Shown piece by piece: positions 18,735-28,950 of a stretch of 64,000 bases of DNA (the first letter of the stretch is position 1; each line of letters begins with the position of its first letter). The DNA lies in the NCBI GenBank assembly GCA_963678065.2, contig CAXXVZ010000003.1:736001-800000 (forward strand), read 5' to 3'. The notes beneath the pieces were generated by a model. That model was given only the letters and a program-made list of their open reading frames with translations, was not told the DNA's origin and ran no database searches. The stretch comes from Treponemataceae bacterium. GTDB lineage: Bacteria > Spirochaetota > Spirochaetia > Treponematales > Rectinemataceae. The position numbers were made by a program, and so were the translations under genes.

Positions 18735-19363
18735 ATTTCAGCAGGGGCGGTTATCACGAGGAGGTCTCCTCTCCCCGCCCTGATCGCGAAATCCCGGCCT
18801 GTGCACTCGTTGCTGATGCCGAATCCGCCCGGTCCCCACGCGAGACCCGCGAGCGGCCATCTGAGACCAGAACTCTCCATGCCGCTCGCGCCGCATGCGA
18901 GGGGAAACACCGACACGCGCGAGCCGGAAACTGACGCACGGCGGAACTCGCATCCTTCCCGGACGAGGAACACCTCATCTCCTTTTGTGTGCCATTCCTC
19001 CGGCCTCGGCTCTCGCTCGAAAATGGCGCGTATGGCGAGGAGGTGGTCGAGCCTTCCTCCTCCTCCTCCGGCGAGGACGATACCGTCCTTGGTCCTTTTC
19101 CTGACTTCGGCCAATGCGATCTCCGTATCGGTATCGTCCTTCATGGCGGGAAACCGCAGTATCTCGGCCCGGGGAAACGCACAGAGCAGCTTCATATCCG
19201 CGAGGGAATCCATATCGCCGACGATGAGGTTGGGCAAGAGTCCCCAGGCGGCGGCCGTTTCGAGGCCTGAATCGGCCGCACAGACGAGACTGTAGCTCAT
19301 CCCCGCCCCGAGGATCCGCTCCCGGGACGGAGCTTCTCCGCCCGTGACGATGAGTGCTTTCAT
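18707..19363 (-). CDS. thiN: Thiamine diphosphokinase
   Basis: CAADSG, IVGDMDS, KDDTDTEIAL, GGRLDHLL, GLRWPL, GISNE. Confidence 0.93.
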   Translation of the reverse strand: MKALIVTGGEAPSRERILGAGMSYSLVCAADSGLETAAAWGLLPNLIVGDMDSLADMKLLCAFPRAEILRFPAMKDDTDTEIALAEVRKRTKDGIVLAGGGGGRLDHLLAIRAIFEREPRPEEWHTKGDEVFLVREGCEFRRASVSGSRVSVFPLACGASGMESSGLRWPLAGLAWGPGGFGISNECTGRDFAIRAGRGDLLVITAPAEIQNLTPSGY

Positions 19364-19457
19364 CGCCGGGAAGAGTCCACCGCGGGGAAGCGCCGTGTCA
19401 AGTCGTCGCGCCCTCCCCGGTTGTCCATCTCCCGCGCGACGGTATAGTCTGTAATCC

Positions 19458-20813
19458 ATGCGGACGATACGGGTCCCCCGGGAAATCCAGGAATTCGCCT
19501 CCATTCTCGCCGGGGCTGGCTGGCAGTGCTATATCGTCGGCGGTGCGGTGCGCGATGCCCTGCTCGGAAGAGCCGTGAATGATTTCGACGTGGCGACCGA
19601 CGCCAGACCCGAGGATGTCATCGCCTGCTTCCGGCAGGTAATCCCCACAGGCATCAGGCACGGCACCGTCACCGTCATCTATCGCGGATACATGATAGAG
19701 ACCACCACCTACCGGACTGAGACAGAGTATTCGGACGCGCGTCGTCCGGACAGGGTCGAGTATTCTTCCTCGATACATGAAGATCTCGAACGGCGCGATT
19801 TCACCATAAACGCCATGGCCTACGATCCCCTCGCGGGAATCCTTCTCGATCTCCACGACGGCCGCGGCGACCTGAAACGGAAACTTGTCCGCGCGGTCGG
19901 CCGCCCCCTCGAGCGCTTCGCCGAAGACGGCCTCAGGCCCATGAGGGCTCTCCGTTTCGCCGCCCAGCTGGGATTCGAGATCGAGAAGGACACCTTCGAT
20001 GCGATAGCGCCCACTCTCGGCCGTCTGGCCATGGTCTCGATGGAGCGTATCCGCGACGAGTTCTCCAAGATCATGCTCTCGCCCCGACCCTCAGCGGGAA
20101 TTTCCCTCATGGAGAAGTCAGGGATGCTCGAACTCCTCCTGCCCGAACTCGCGACCTGCAGGGGAGTCCTCCAGAAAGGGATGCACAGCTTCGACGTGCT
20201 CGACCACTGCATGCTCTCCGCCGACGCGGCGCCCGCGGACCTTGTCCTCCGGCTCGCGGCCCTCTTCCACGACATAGGCAAGCCCGAATCCATGAAGACG
20301 GGCGCCGACGGGTCTCCGACCTTCCACCGCCACGAGGAGCTCTCGGTCAGGGGCGGCGAGGCCATACTGAAACGCTTCCGCTATCCCGGATCGGTCATCA
20401 GGGAAGTCTGCCATCTCGTCACAAACCACATGTTCAACTACAGCGGGGAATGGAGCGATGCGGCAGTCAGACGCTTCGTCGCGAAGGTGGGCGAAGAGAA
20501 CATCGACGCCCTCTTCGAGTTGAGGCTCGCCGATGGAACGGGTATGACCGGCAGGCAGGCCGACCCGTCGCCCTTGTCGGAATTCCGCGCCCGCATCGAC
20601 GGAGTTCTCGCCCGCGACCATGCGCTCTCGGTGAAGGATCTCGCCGTGGGCGGTGAGGATCTCGCCCGACTCGGCATCCCGAAAGGTCCAGTCATGGGTC
20701 GCATCCTCGCCGAACTGCTCGAGACCGTCCTCGATGATCCTGCGCAGAACAACGCAACGACTCTGTCGCGCATCGCGGCGAACCTGGGCGAGAAATACCG
20801 GAGGAAAAGCTGA
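19458..20813 (+). CDS. cca: CCA tRNA nucleotidyltransferase with HD domain
   Basis: YIVGGAVRDALLG..DFDVAT, DLERRDFTINAMA, EDGLRPMRALRF, LFHDIGKP. Confidence 0.9.
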   Translation: MRTIRVPREIQEFASILAGAGWQCYIVGGAVRDALLGRAVNDFDVATDARPEDVIACFRQVIPTGIRHGTVTVIYRGYMIETTTYRTETEYSDARRPDRVEYSSSIHEDLERRDFTINAMAYDPLAGILLDLHDGRGDLKRKLVRAVGRPLERFAEDGLRPMRALRFAAQLGFEIEKDTFDAIAPTLGRLAMVSMERIRDEFSKIMLSPRPSAGISLMEKSGMLELLLPELATCRGVLQKGMHSFDVLDHCMLSADAAPADLVLRLAALFHDIGKPESMKTGADGSPTFHRHEELSVRGGEAILKRFRYPGSVIREVCHLVTNHMFNYSGEWSDAAVRRFVAKVGEENIDALFELRLADGTGMTGRQADPSPLSEFRARIDGVLARDHALSVKDLAVGGEDLARLGIPKGPVMGRILAELLETVLDDPAQNNATTLSRIAANLGEKYRRKS

Positions 20814-20828
20814 AAACGGGGAAGGGCT

Positions 20829-21614
20829 TTAGCGCTCTTCTATCTGCAGAAGCCGCGCGGACTCGAGCCCGCCTTCGGCGATGATGGCCTCGTAGGCTGC
20901 GCGGGCGGCGGCCTGCTCGGCTTCTTTTTTGTTCTTGCCTTCACCCGGGCCATAGCTGTTCGGGCCAATCACGCAGCTCACGCGGAAAGTCCTGTCGTGG
21001 TCAGGTCCCCTGCCCTCGCCTTCCTCATAGACCGGGTGAGTCTGGGCATATTTCTGGACATATTCCTGGATAATAGTCTTGTAGTCTTTCTTGTGCCGGT
21101 TTCTGAGAACTTTTTCGATTTCGGGGTCGACAAGCCTGCGCACGAGGTCGCTGGCCGCCTCGATTCCGGAATCCAGGAAGTACGCGCCGATGAGGGCCTC
21201 GAGCGCGTCGGCGAGGATGGCTTTCTTTTTCCTGCCCCCCGACATCTCCTCGCCCTTGCCCATGAGAAGAAGCCCGTCTAGGCCGAGTGAGAGCGAGAGC
21301 CCGGACAGCGTATCCTCGGATACGATGAAGCTCTTTATCCTCGCCAGCTCGCCCTCGGGTTTCGATTCGAACATCCCGTACAGGCGGGAAGCCACCACCA
21401 TGCCAAGGACAGCGTCGCCGAGGAACTCGAGCCTCTCGTTGTTGCGCTGACGCGATGGATTCTCGTTGCAATAGGAGCGGTGGGTAAAAGAAAGGTTCAG
21501 AAGCTCGAGGCTTCTGAACCTGATGTTGAAAGTCTTCTGGAATGTCCTGAGGATCTTCGAACGTTCGGGGCTTGTGCTGTCCTCTCTGTGCACGAAGATC
21601 CATCCGGCCCGCAA
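20829..21614 (-). CDS. rnc: Ribonuclease III
   Basis: NNERLEFLGDAVL, LADALEALIGA, dsRBD KKEAEQAAA. Confidence 0.96.
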   Translation of the reverse strand: MRAGWIFVHREDSTSPERSKILRTFQKTFNIRFRSLELLNLSFTHRSYCNENPSRQRNNERLEFLGDAVLGMVVASRLYGMFESKPEGELARIKSFIVSEDTLSGLSLSLGLDGLLLMGKGEEMSGGRKKKAILADALEALIGAYFLDSGIEAASDLVRRLVDPEIEKVLRNRHKKDYKTIIQEYVQKYAQTHPVYEEGEGRGPDHDRTFRVSCVIGPNSYGPGEGKNKKEAEQAAARAAYEAIIAEGGLESARLLQIEER

Positions 21615-21620
21615 AGAGGC

Positions 21621-21857
21621 TTACTTTACCTGGGACTTGATGAACTCGTACGCGTCCTTGACGGTTTCGAACTCGTTGGCCTTCTCGTCCGGGATGGTGA
21701 TGCCCATCTCTTCCTCGATGCCGTACACGAGTTCGTAGGTGTCGAGGGAGTCGGCGCCGAGGTCCTGGCGGAAGCTGGCGTCCATGGTGATCTTGCTCTC
21801 TTCGACTTCAAGCTTTTCGGCGATTATCTTCTTCACTCTTTCGAACAGTTCGTCCAT
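21621..21857 (-). CDS. acpP: Acyl carrier protein
   Basis: DLGADSLD motif, acidic 78 aa. Confidence 0.96.
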   Translation of the reverse strand: MDELFERVKKIIAEKLEVEESKITMDASFRQDLGADSLDTYELVYGIEEEMGITIPDEKANEFETVKDAYEFIKSQVK

Positions 21858-21869
21858 TGGGGTCTCTCC

Positions 21870-22055
21870 TTACTTGGATTCGGGCGTAATGATCTGACGT
21901 CCGCGATAGAAACCGCACTTGGGGCAAATCCTGTGCAAGAGTACAGGGTTCCCGCAATTCGCGCATTCGACAACAGCGGGAGCGGTGAGTTTCATATTGA
22001 TGGAGTGGCGACGTCGTGTACGCGCTTTGGATGTCTTGAATTTAGGTACAGCCAT
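21870..22055 (-). CDS. rpmF: 50S ribosomal protein L32 (Zn-binding type)
   Basis: MAVPKFKTSKARTRRR, CANCG...HRICPKCGFY. Confidence 0.97.
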   Translation of the reverse strand: MAVPKFKTSKARTRRRHSINMKLTAPAVVECANCGNPVLLHRICPKCGFYRGRQIITPESK

Positions 22056-22128
22056 TTGTACAACCTCATTCGTGATTAAAGTTTCCGGAACAGTATGCCG
22101 ACCGACACCCTACACCGTGCATTTCCAT

Positions 22129-22162
22129 ATTGTCAAGACATCCTCATTGTCAAGACATCCTC
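22129..22162. repeat. 17-bp perfect tandem duplication containing TTGACA (minus strand)
   Basis: ATTGTCAAGACATCCTC x2 upstream of rpmF. Confidence 0.85.
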
Positions 22163-22210
22163 CGGAGTCATCCAAAATCGAGGAAAAGGCAGGAAAAGGT
22201 CGCACCCGGC

Positions 22211-22687
22211 TCACGGCCTCCTGTCGGCGAGGGCTTTGAGCACCGGGGATGGCACCAAGGCCGAGATATCCCGGCGGAAATGGGCGAATTCCTTCACCGC
22301 GCTCGAACTGAGCGTCGAATAGCGCGGATCGGCACAGATGAGGAAGGTTTCGATCGTCGGCTCAAGCTGACTGTTGAGGATGGCCATGTCGTATTCGGAA
22401 GCGAAGTCAGTTATTCCCCGGACTCCCCTGACGAGGATCGTACAGCCCGCGTTCCGCGCATAATCGACCACGAGTCCATCCCATACCGCGACAAAGACAT
22501 TCGTCATCGCATCGGTGCTGGCGGTCAGAAGCTGCGCCCGCTCCTCAGGTTCGAAGAGGCCCCTCTTGTTCCTGTTCGCCGCGACGACGACGTGGAGCGT
22601 CTCGAAGATCGAGGACGCCCTCGCGATGATGTCGAGGTGGCCGAAGGTGGGAGGATCGAAGGAGCCCGCGAAAACCGCATGTGCCAT
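22211..22687 (-). CDS. coaD: Phosphopantetheine adenylyltransferase
   Basis: AVFAGSFDPPTFGHLDII, VRGVR...DFASE, LSSSAVKE. Confidence 0.95.
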   Translation of the reverse strand: MAHAVFAGSFDPPTFGHLDIIARASSIFETLHVVVAANRNKRGLFEPEERAQLLTASTDAMTNVFVAVWDGLVVDYARNAGCTILVRGVRGITDFASEYDMAILNSQLEPTIETFLICADPRYSTLSSSAVKEFAHFRRDISALVPSPVLKALADRRP

Positions 22688-22774
22688 GAGCAACTGTAAA
22701 CCGGGCTTATGGACGGGTCAATACTGAGTTCTTCCATCTTCCACAAGATGGAGGCGGGCGGGTACAGTAGGGGC

Positions 22775-24517
22775 ATGTTTCTGCCTACCACGTCGACACG
22801 AAGTTCCGGTATGGAACGGAGCCTTCCCGAGATCCTGGCCATGGCCGCCTTCTCCGCGGTGCTCCTCGGTGCCGCCCTTCCCAACGAAGTCTTCAGGCTC
22901 GGTCTCTGGCCACTCGGCTTTATCGCCCTCGCGCCCCTCTACGAGGCTCTGAGGCAGGCTCCGGACCACCGGACGGCGGCCCTCGCAGGCGCGGTATTCG
23001 GAGCCCTCCAACACGCCATTTCCAGCTACTGGCTATTCTTCTACAAGAATTTTGCCCTCTGGACGATAGGCGGCACGACGCTCGCGTATGCGGTGGTCTA
23101 CACCCTCCCCGCCCTCTATCTCTCTTTCGTCGCCAAAAGAGCCCGTTTCTGTGGCCCTGCACTCTTCGCCCTCGTCTGGGCCGTATTCGAGTACGGCAAG
23201 TCGACGGGCTTTCTTGGTTATCCCTGGGGCCTCATCCCCTACTCCCTGAGCTCTCTGCCCATCACGCTCCAAGTGGCCGATATCACGGGGGTGTACGGCC
23301 TCTCCGCCCTCCTCGCCCTCTCCTCGGCCGTGACCGCCGTCGCCCTCGACAGGCTTGGAGCCAGGCTCCGGACCGGACTCTTTTCTCCTGCCCGAACTGC
23401 TTCACTCGCCGCGCCCGCAGAGTATGCGCCGAACCTCCCTCGCGGGCCGGTCCTGCCCTGGCTCGTCTTCCTGTCTGTGTGCTGGGCCTTAGTGCTTGGA
23501 TACGGATTCTATCGCATGACCGAGCCACGCCGTCCCGACAAAACCTTCCGGGCAGCCGTCGTCCAGCAGAACATTGATCCCTGGTATGAAGGAGACGAGG
23601 CTGCCCTCGAGTCCAATGTCCGGCTCGCGAGGAAGGCCTTTGATGCCGATGTCGCGTCGACAACCGGCGCTGCCGGCGCGGAGAGAAAGCCGGATCTCGT
23701 CATCTTCAGCGAGACTTCCCTGCGCCGCTCCTATAACGAAAACCACAGCTACTACTCTACCCACCCGAAAGACGATCCTCTTCTGCCCCTCCTGAAGGAA
23801 ACGGAGTCCTGGCTCCTCACGGGAGCGCCCTATGTTCTCGACTGGGCCGAGTTCAAGGTCATGAACGCCGCCATCCTCGTCGATCCCGCGGGGAGGCTCA
23901 TCGACTTCTACGGCAAGAGCCACCCCGTCCCCTTCACCGAAGCCATACCTCTCATGGAATTCGCCTGGTTCCGCGCTTTCATGAAGAACGTGGTGGGCCT
24001 GGAAGGCGGGTGGACGACGGGCACCCGCCTCACGGTCTTCGCGCTTCCTCTCAGACAGGGCGGATCCGTCCGCTTCAGCGTCCCCATCTGCTTCGAGGAC
24101 GCCTTCGCTGATCTGTGCGGCGATTTCGTGCGGGAGGGCGCAGAGATTCTCGTCAACATCACGAACGATTCCTGGTCCAAAACGGTGAGCGCCGAGGTCC
24201 AGCACTGGGCCGCCGCACGCTTCAGGGCCATCGAGACGAGACGGACCCTCGTCCGCTCCACCAACGGCGGCGTCTCGTGCATTGTCGGCCCGACGGGCGA
24301 AAACCTCTTCGAGCTGCCTCTTTTCGAGGCCGGGGCGGAGGTTGTGGATGTCCCCGTCTACACGGGGAATGGCCTCACTGTGTATACCCGATACAGGGAC
24401 TGGTTCGTCGCGCTCAGCGTGTTACTTTCGGCCATTTCGATCATTGTTCTTGGTACAAGGATAAAAGGAGGCAGTCATGAGCATCTCCGAATACCTCGAG
24501 TCGACACCCTTCACTGA
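22775..24517 (+). CDS. lnt: Apolipoprotein N-acyltransferase (start uncertain: 22709/22775/22811)
   Basis: Multiple TM, LGYPWG, QQNIDP, IFSET, YGKSHPVPFTE, PICFEDAF, NITNDSW, RAIETRR..VRSTNGGVS. Confidence 0.93.
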   Translation: MFLPTTSTRSSGMERSLPEILAMAAFSAVLLGAALPNEVFRLGLWPLGFIALAPLYEALRQAPDHRTAALAGAVFGALQHAISSYWLFFYKNFALWTIGGTTLAYAVVYTLPALYLSFVAKRARFCGPALFALVWAVFEYGKSTGFLGYPWGLIPYSLSSLPITLQVADITGVYGLSALLALSSAVTAVALDRLGARLRTGLFSPARTASLAAPAEYAPNLPRGPVLPWLVFLSVCWALVLGYGFYRMTEPRRPDKTFRAAVVQQNIDPWYEGDEAALESNVRLARKAFDADVASTTGAAGAERKPDLVIFSETSLRRSYNENHSYYSTHPKDDPLLPLLKETESWLLTGAPYVLDWAEFKVMNAAILVDPAGRLIDFYGKSHPVPFTEAIPLMEFAWFRAFMKNVVGLEGGWTTGTRLTVFALPLRQGGSVRFSVPICFEDAFADLCGDFVREGAEILVNITNDSWSKTVSAEVQHWAAARFRAIETRRTLVRSTNGGVSCIVGPTGENLFELPLFEAGAEVVDVPVYTGNGLTVYTRYRDWFVALSVLLSAISIIVLGTRIKGGSHEHLRIPRVDTLH

Positions 24518-24863
24518 TCTCGTGAAATATCATACCGGTCAGAAGAGCGAGGCCATTCCATTCTGCGGGACCCTCCGCAAGCATCCCTACGATACCGAAA
24601 AGTGCATCCTCATCGGCGATCCGGCCGGCGAGGACACAGGCATATATGAGTTCCGTGTGGCCGACGTGATCGCAGTGGACGAAATGCCCCTTCCCGTCAG
24701 CGAAAGCGGGGGCGCCCGCAGGCTCGTCCGGCTCTGGGTTCTCAAGGGCTCCATCGCCATCCGCTACGAGCCCTTCGAGGTTGGATCTCCCTCCGGCGCG
24801 GGCGGCCAGTCCCCGCATCTGCGCGAGCGCATTATCAGGAGCGTCCACTCCAGCCGGAGCTGA
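24477..24863 (+). CDS. Conserved hypothetical protein
   Basis: AGGAGG RBS, host-like codon usage, FCGTLRKHPYD...IRYEPFEV. Confidence 0.7.
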   Translation: MSISEYLESTPFTDLVKYHTGQKSEAIPFCGTLRKHPYDTEKCILIGDPAGEDTGIYEFRVADVIAVDEMPLPVSESGGARRLVRLWVLKGSIAIRYEPFEVGSPSGAGGQSPHLRERIIRSVHSSRS

Positions 24864-24915
24864 GGAGCCGGGCTACCCTGGCAAAAAATGGATCCCATTT
24901 TTTTAAAAAACCATA

Positions 24916-24944
24916 TTGACATGTTTTCGCGTTTTTGGCATTGT
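24916..24944 (+). promoter_or_regulatory. tRNA operon promoter
   Basis: AT-rich UP-like tract, TTGACA-17 bp-CATTGT. Confidence 0.65.
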
Positions 24945-24961
24945 GAGTTCACCGATTGCAC

Positions 24962-25035
24962 GGTGGATGTAGCTCAGGTGGTAGAGCGCCAGACTGTGGA
25001 TCTGGGTGCCGAGGGTTCAAGTCCCTTCATCCACC
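24962..25035 (+). tRNA. tRNA-His(GUG), includes G-1, CCA not encoded
   Basis: Acceptor GTGGATG/CATCCAC, anticodon arm CCAGA-CTGTGGA-TCTGG, GGTTCAAGTCC. Confidence 0.95.
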
Positions 25036-25089
25036 CTGGACCGCATCCGACTCCGGGTCCGGTCGAGTGGTCCTTAAAAACCACGATAC

Positions 25090-25163
25090 GCGTTCGTAGC
25101 TCAGCTGGATAGAGCGACGGACTTCGAATCCGTAGGTCGCAGGTTCGACTCCTGTCGGACGCA
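25090..25163 (+). tRNA. tRNA-Arg(UCG), CCA not encoded
   Basis: GCGTTCG/CGGACGC, ACGGA-CTTCGAA-TCCGT, GGTTCGACTCC. Confidence 0.95.
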
Positions 25164-25181
25164 CGTGCACTTCAGGGACAT

Positions 25182-25254
25182 GGGCCGCTAGCTCAGCTGG
25201 CAGAGCAGCAGACTCTTAATCTGCGGGTCGCAGGTTCGATGCCTGCGCGGCTCA
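25182..25254 (+). tRNA. tRNA-Lys(CUU), CCA not encoded
   Basis: GGGCCGC/GCGGCTC, GCAGA-CTCTTAA-TCTGC, GGTTCGATGCC. Confidence 0.95.
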
Positions 25255-25255
25255 G

Positions 25256-25298
25256 ATTCAATAAAAAGGAAAGCGTCGAGCTTTCCTTTTTATTGAAT
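25256..25298. terminator. Intrinsic terminator after tRNA-Lys
   Basis: ATTCAATAAAAAGGAAAGC-GTCGA-GCTTTCCTTTTTATTGAAT, 19-bp perfect arms. Confidence 0.85.
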
Positions 25299-25331
25299 GT
25301 GTTTGGCGCCTCGGCGCGAAGCACATGGATC

Positions 25332-25361
25332 TTGACAGCCCGGAGTGTCGTCCGCTAGCAT
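25332..25361 (+). promoter_or_regulatory. Promoter for tRNA-Leu/Gly
   Basis: TTGACA-18 bp-TAGCAT then GC-rich discriminator. Confidence 0.7.
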
Positions 25362-25370
25362 TCGCCGCGC

Positions 25371-25451
25371 GCGAGAGTGGTGGAATGGCAGACACGCCAG
25401 ACTTAGGATCTGGTACCTTCGGGTGTGAGGGTTCAAGTCCCTTCTCTCGCA
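25371..25451 (+). tRNA. tRNA-Leu(UAG), CCA not encoded
   Basis: GCGAGAG/CTCTCGC, CCAGA-CTTAGGA-TCTGG, variable arm ACC-TTCG-GGT. Confidence 0.95.
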
Positions 25452-25488
25452 GTACGCGAGCAAATCGCAATGCGCGGAAGGTAATCGC

Positions 25489-25563
25489 GCGGGAATAGCT
25501 CAGTGGTAGAGCGCGACCTTGCCAAGGTCGATGTCGCGGGTCCGACTCCCGTTTCCCGCTCCA
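25489..25563 (+). tRNA. tRNA-Gly(GCC), CCA encoded
   Basis: GCGGGAA/TTCCCGC-T-CCA, CGACC-TTGCCAA-GGTCG; T-loop reads TCCGACT. Confidence 0.93.
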
Positions 25564-25569
25564 AAGGAC

Positions 25570-25607
25570 GAGGCGATTCGGGCAATGCCGAATCGCCTCT
25601 TTTTTTT
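25570..25607 (+). terminator. Intrinsic terminator
   Basis: GAGGCGATTCGG/CCGAATCGCCTC followed by T8. Confidence 0.9.
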
Positions 25608-25718
25608 CGCCCGGACACGGCTTCGTTCCTCCAGACGGAGGCTATCCGTTCCGGTCTCCTGGTCGCGACGGCGACCTGGTCACAGTGCTGACCATATCCT
25701 TGCCACGAGGAAACCAAC

Positions 25719-27071
25719 GTGATCTCCGAAAAGAAAATCGAAAGACTCGAACATTCCGCCGTTAAACTCACCGTAACCGTCCCCCAGGCCGAAGTCAGGA
25801 AGAACTACGATTCCATGATGAAGGAATACTCAAAGACGGTCCACATCGACGGTTTCCGCAAAGGCCACGTCCCCGCATCCGTCCTGGAACGGAAATTCGG
25901 CGACTCCCTCAGAATCGACGCGATGGGCCGCATCCTCGAGTCCGCTGTCGAGGAAGCCGTCAAGGACGCCGAGGAGAAACCCCTCACCTACCGCTCCCCC
26001 GAGCTCGACGGCACGCCTGACTTCGCCCTGGACAAGGATTTCACTTTCAGCGTCAGCTACGACGTCTACCCGACCGTGACTTCCCCCGACTACAAGGGCA
26101 TCGAGGTGACCGTACCCGAAGTTGCAGTCTCAAAGGAAGATGAAGACCGGGAGATCGCCAAGATCCGCGACGCCAACTCCATCGTCGTCGAGAAGGAAGG
26201 GACCGCGGCAAAGGGCGATGTCGTCACCGTCGACTACAGCGAACTTGACGCCGAAGGGAACCCGGTCGAGGGTTCCTCCCGCCAGGATTTCACCTTCGAG
26301 ATCGGGACCGGCTACAACCTCTACAAGTTCGACGATGAAATCGCAGGAATGGCCAAGGATGAGGTCAAGCTCATCGAGAAGGCTTTCCCCGAAGATTACG
26401 AGTACAAGGAGCTCGCCGGACGCAGCGTGAAGCTCTCCGTGAAACTCACCAAGATCAAAGAGAAAAAACTTCCCGACCTCGACGATGAATTCGCCCAGGA
26501 CGTCTCAGAAAAATACAAGACCCTCGCCGACCTCGTCGCCTCCGTCCGCTCCAAGCTCGAGAAGAACCTCGAAAACCGCCTGCGCCAGATGAAGGAACAG
26601 GCCTTAATCGACGCCCTCCTCTCCCGCACGACCATCGAACTCCCCGCCTCCATGATCGACGCCGAACTCGCCATGCGCTGGGAGAACCTGAAGCGCCAGA
26701 TGGGCGTCGATTCCGACGAGAAGATGGTCCAGATCGCCTCCTACTCCGGCAAGACCCGCGAAGGCCTCGCCGCAGAGTGGCGCCCCTCGGCCGAGAAGGG
26801 CATCGCGACCAGGCTCGTTCTGGACCAACTCCTCGAGGAAGGAAAGTACGAGTGCGCCGACGCCGAGCTCGAAGCCGAACTCCAGCGCCAAGCCACGGAG
26901 AGCAATCTTTCCCTGGACGAGGTCAAGGCCGAATACGCCAAGCGCGGCTCGATGGAGTACCTCCGCGAGCGCGTCAAAGAGGATAAACTCTTCGCCGACA
27001 TCCTCGCCGTGGCGACCGTGAAGACCGGCGAGAAAAAAGCATACGTGGACGTCGTCGTGGATAATGAGTAG
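25719..27071 (+). CDS. tig: Trigger factor
   Basis: IDGFRKGHVP, FKBP-like GDVVTVDY, LDDEFAQDV. Confidence 0.96.
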   Translation: MISEKKIERLEHSAVKLTVTVPQAEVRKNYDSMMKEYSKTVHIDGFRKGHVPASVLERKFGDSLRIDAMGRILESAVEEAVKDAEEKPLTYRSPELDGTPDFALDKDFTFSVSYDVYPTVTSPDYKGIEVTVPEVAVSKEDEDREIAKIRDANSIVVEKEGTAAKGDVVTVDYSELDAEGNPVEGSSRQDFTFEIGTGYNLYKFDDEIAGMAKDEVKLIEKAFPEDYEYKELAGRSVKLSVKLTKIKEKKLPDLDDEFAQDVSEKYKTLADLVASVRSKLEKNLENRLRQMKEQALIDALLSRTTIELPASMIDAELAMRWENLKRQMGVDSDEKMVQIASYSGKTREGLAAEWRPSAEKGIATRLVLDQLLEEGKYECADAELEAELQRQATESNLSLDEVKAEYAKRGSMEYLRERVKEDKLFADILAVATVKTGEKKAYVDVVVDNE

Positions 27072-27097
27072 ATTGAATATCCGTGAGGTACGTCGAC

Positions 27098-27721
27098 ATG
27101 GATGAAAGAATGCACAACCTCGTGCCCATCGTAATCGAGCAGACCGGCATCGGCGAGCGCTCCTACGATATCTACTCGAGGTTGCTGAAGGACAGGATCA
27201 TATTCATAGACGGCGAGATCAACGACCTGACGGCCGATCTCGTCGTCGCACAGCTGCTTTTCCTCGAGTCTCAGGATCCGGAAAAGGATATCTCGATCTA
27301 CATCAATTCGCCCGGAGGATCCGTGACTGCGGGCCTCGCCATATATGACACGATGCAGATCATCAAGCCTGACGTGCAGACCATCTGCCTCGGACAGGCC
27401 GCCTCCATGGGGGCACTCCTTCTCACCGCCGGCAAGAAGGGAAAGCGTTTCGCCCTGCCCTCCTCCCGCGTCCTCATCCACCAGCCCTGGGGCGGCGCTC
27501 AGGGGCAGGCCTCGGACATAAGCCTTCAGGCGCGCGAGATCGTCAGGCTCAAGAAGCTGACCATCGAGTATTTCGCCAAACAGACAGGAAAGGATGTCGC
27601 TGCCGTGGCGGCCGATATGGAGCGCGATTTCTTCATGTCGGCCCAGGAAGCCGTCGGATACGGCCTCGTCGATTCGATCCTCACCAGAAAGGGCAACAAT
27701 GGCGCGCCAGAAATCAAGTGA
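27098..27721 (+). CDS. clpP: ATP-dependent Clp protease proteolytic subunit
   Basis: [40 protein letters not shown]. Confidence 0.97.
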   Translation: MDERMHNLVPIVIEQTGIGERSYDIYSRLLKDRIIFIDGEINDLTADLVVAQLLFLESQDPEKDISIYINSPGGSVTAGLAIYDTMQIIKPDVQTICLGQAASMGALLLTAGKKGKRFALPSSRVLIHQPWGGAQGQASDISLQAREIVRLKKLTIEYFAKQTGKDVAAVAADMERDFFMSAQEAVGYGLVDSILTRKGNNGAPEIK

Positions 27722-28949
27722 CAAGCAGGAGGGAGGCGCCTGCTCCTTCTGCGGCAAGAGCGCGGACATGGCCACAAAACTCATCGCCGGCCCCGGAGTC
27801 TACATCTGCGACGAGTGTGTCCGCATCTGCGAACAGATCATCGCCGAGGATGAGCAGGAGATACTCCAGGGTTATCTCGAGGACATCCCCACCCCGCGCG
27901 AGATCAAGCACTACCTCGACGGCTACGCCATAGGCCAGGATTACGTCAAGAAGGCCCTCTCTGTCGCCGTCTACAACCATTACAAGCGGATCGGAAGGCC
28001 GCGGGAAGAGGGCGACGATGTCGAGCTGGAGAAGTCGAACGTCCTTCTCATCGGTCCCACGGGTACGGGCAAGACCCTTCTCGCCAGAACCCTCGCGCGC
28101 AAACTCAAAGTCCCCTTCGCCATGGCCGACGCCACGACCCTGACCGAGGCGGGCTATGTCGGCGAGGACGTCGAGAACATCCTTCTCAAGCTGATCCAGA
28201 ACGCCGGCGGCAACATACAGGCAGCGGAGCGCGGAATCGTCTACATCGACGAGATCGACAAGATAGCGCGGAAGAGCGAGAACGCCTCCATCACCCGCGA
28301 TGTCTCCGGAGAAGGCGTTCAGCAGGCACTCCTCAAGATCATCGAGGGCACCTTGGCGAACGTCCCTCCCCAGGGCGGACGCAAGCATCCGAACCAGGAA
28401 TATCTCAGGATCGACACGACGAACATCCTCTTCATCTGCGGCGGAGCCTTCGTCGGACTCGACCGCATCATCGAGAGCAGGGTTTCGAAGCACCCGATGG
28501 GCTTCGGAGCGGACATAAAGACGCGGAAGGAGAAAAACCTCCGGGAACTCTACAACCAGCTCCATCCGGACGACCTCATCAAGTTCGGCATGATTCCCGA
28601 GTTCATCGGCCGCCTGCCCATACAGGTAGCGCTCTCTGACCTTACCCGCGAGGATCTCAAGCGCATCATCACCGAGCCCAAGAATTCCGTGCTCCGGCAG
28701 TTCCAGACCTCCTTCAAGCTGGACAAAGTCGAACTCGTATTCGAAGAGGAAGCCGTCGACGCCATCGCGGACAAAGCCCTCGCCCGGCACACCGGAGCGC
28801 GCGGGCTCAGGTCCATCGTCGAGTCGATCATGCTCGACGTGATGTACGATATTCCCTCCATGGAGGGCGTCAAGCGCGTCGTCGTGACCAAGGATACGGT
28901 CGAGGGCCTGACGGCCCCCGCAATAGAGCTCGCGAAAAAACCGGCCTGA
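27699..28949 (+). CDS. clpX: ATP-dependent Clp protease ATP-binding subunit
   Basis: CSFCGK...ICDEC Zn finger, [28 protein letters not shown]. Confidence 0.97.
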   Translation: MARQKSSDKQEGGACSFCGKSADMATKLIAGPGVYICDECVRICEQIIAEDEQEILQGYLEDIPTPREIKHYLDGYAIGQDYVKKALSVAVYNHYKRIGRPREEGDDVELEKSNVLLIGPTGTGKTLLARTLARKLKVPFAMADATTLTEAGYVGEDVENILLKLIQNAGGNIQAAERGIVYIDEIDKIARKSENASITRDVSGEGVQQALLKIIEGTLANVPPQGGRKHPNQEYLRIDTTNILFICGGAFVGLDRIIESRVSKHPMGFGADIKTRKEKNLRELYNQLHPDDLIKFGMIPEFIGRLPIQVALSDLTREDLKRIITEPKNSVLRQFQTSFKLDKVELVFEEEAVDAIADKALARHTGARGLRSIVESIMLDVMYDIPSMEGVKRVVVTKDTVEGLTAPAIELAKKPA

Positions 28950-28950
28950 C

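Noticed and set aside
24962..25563. tRNA cluster as a prophage/ICE integration site
   Set aside because: No integrase, no duplicated tRNA 3' end seen, and the flanks are housekeeping genes.
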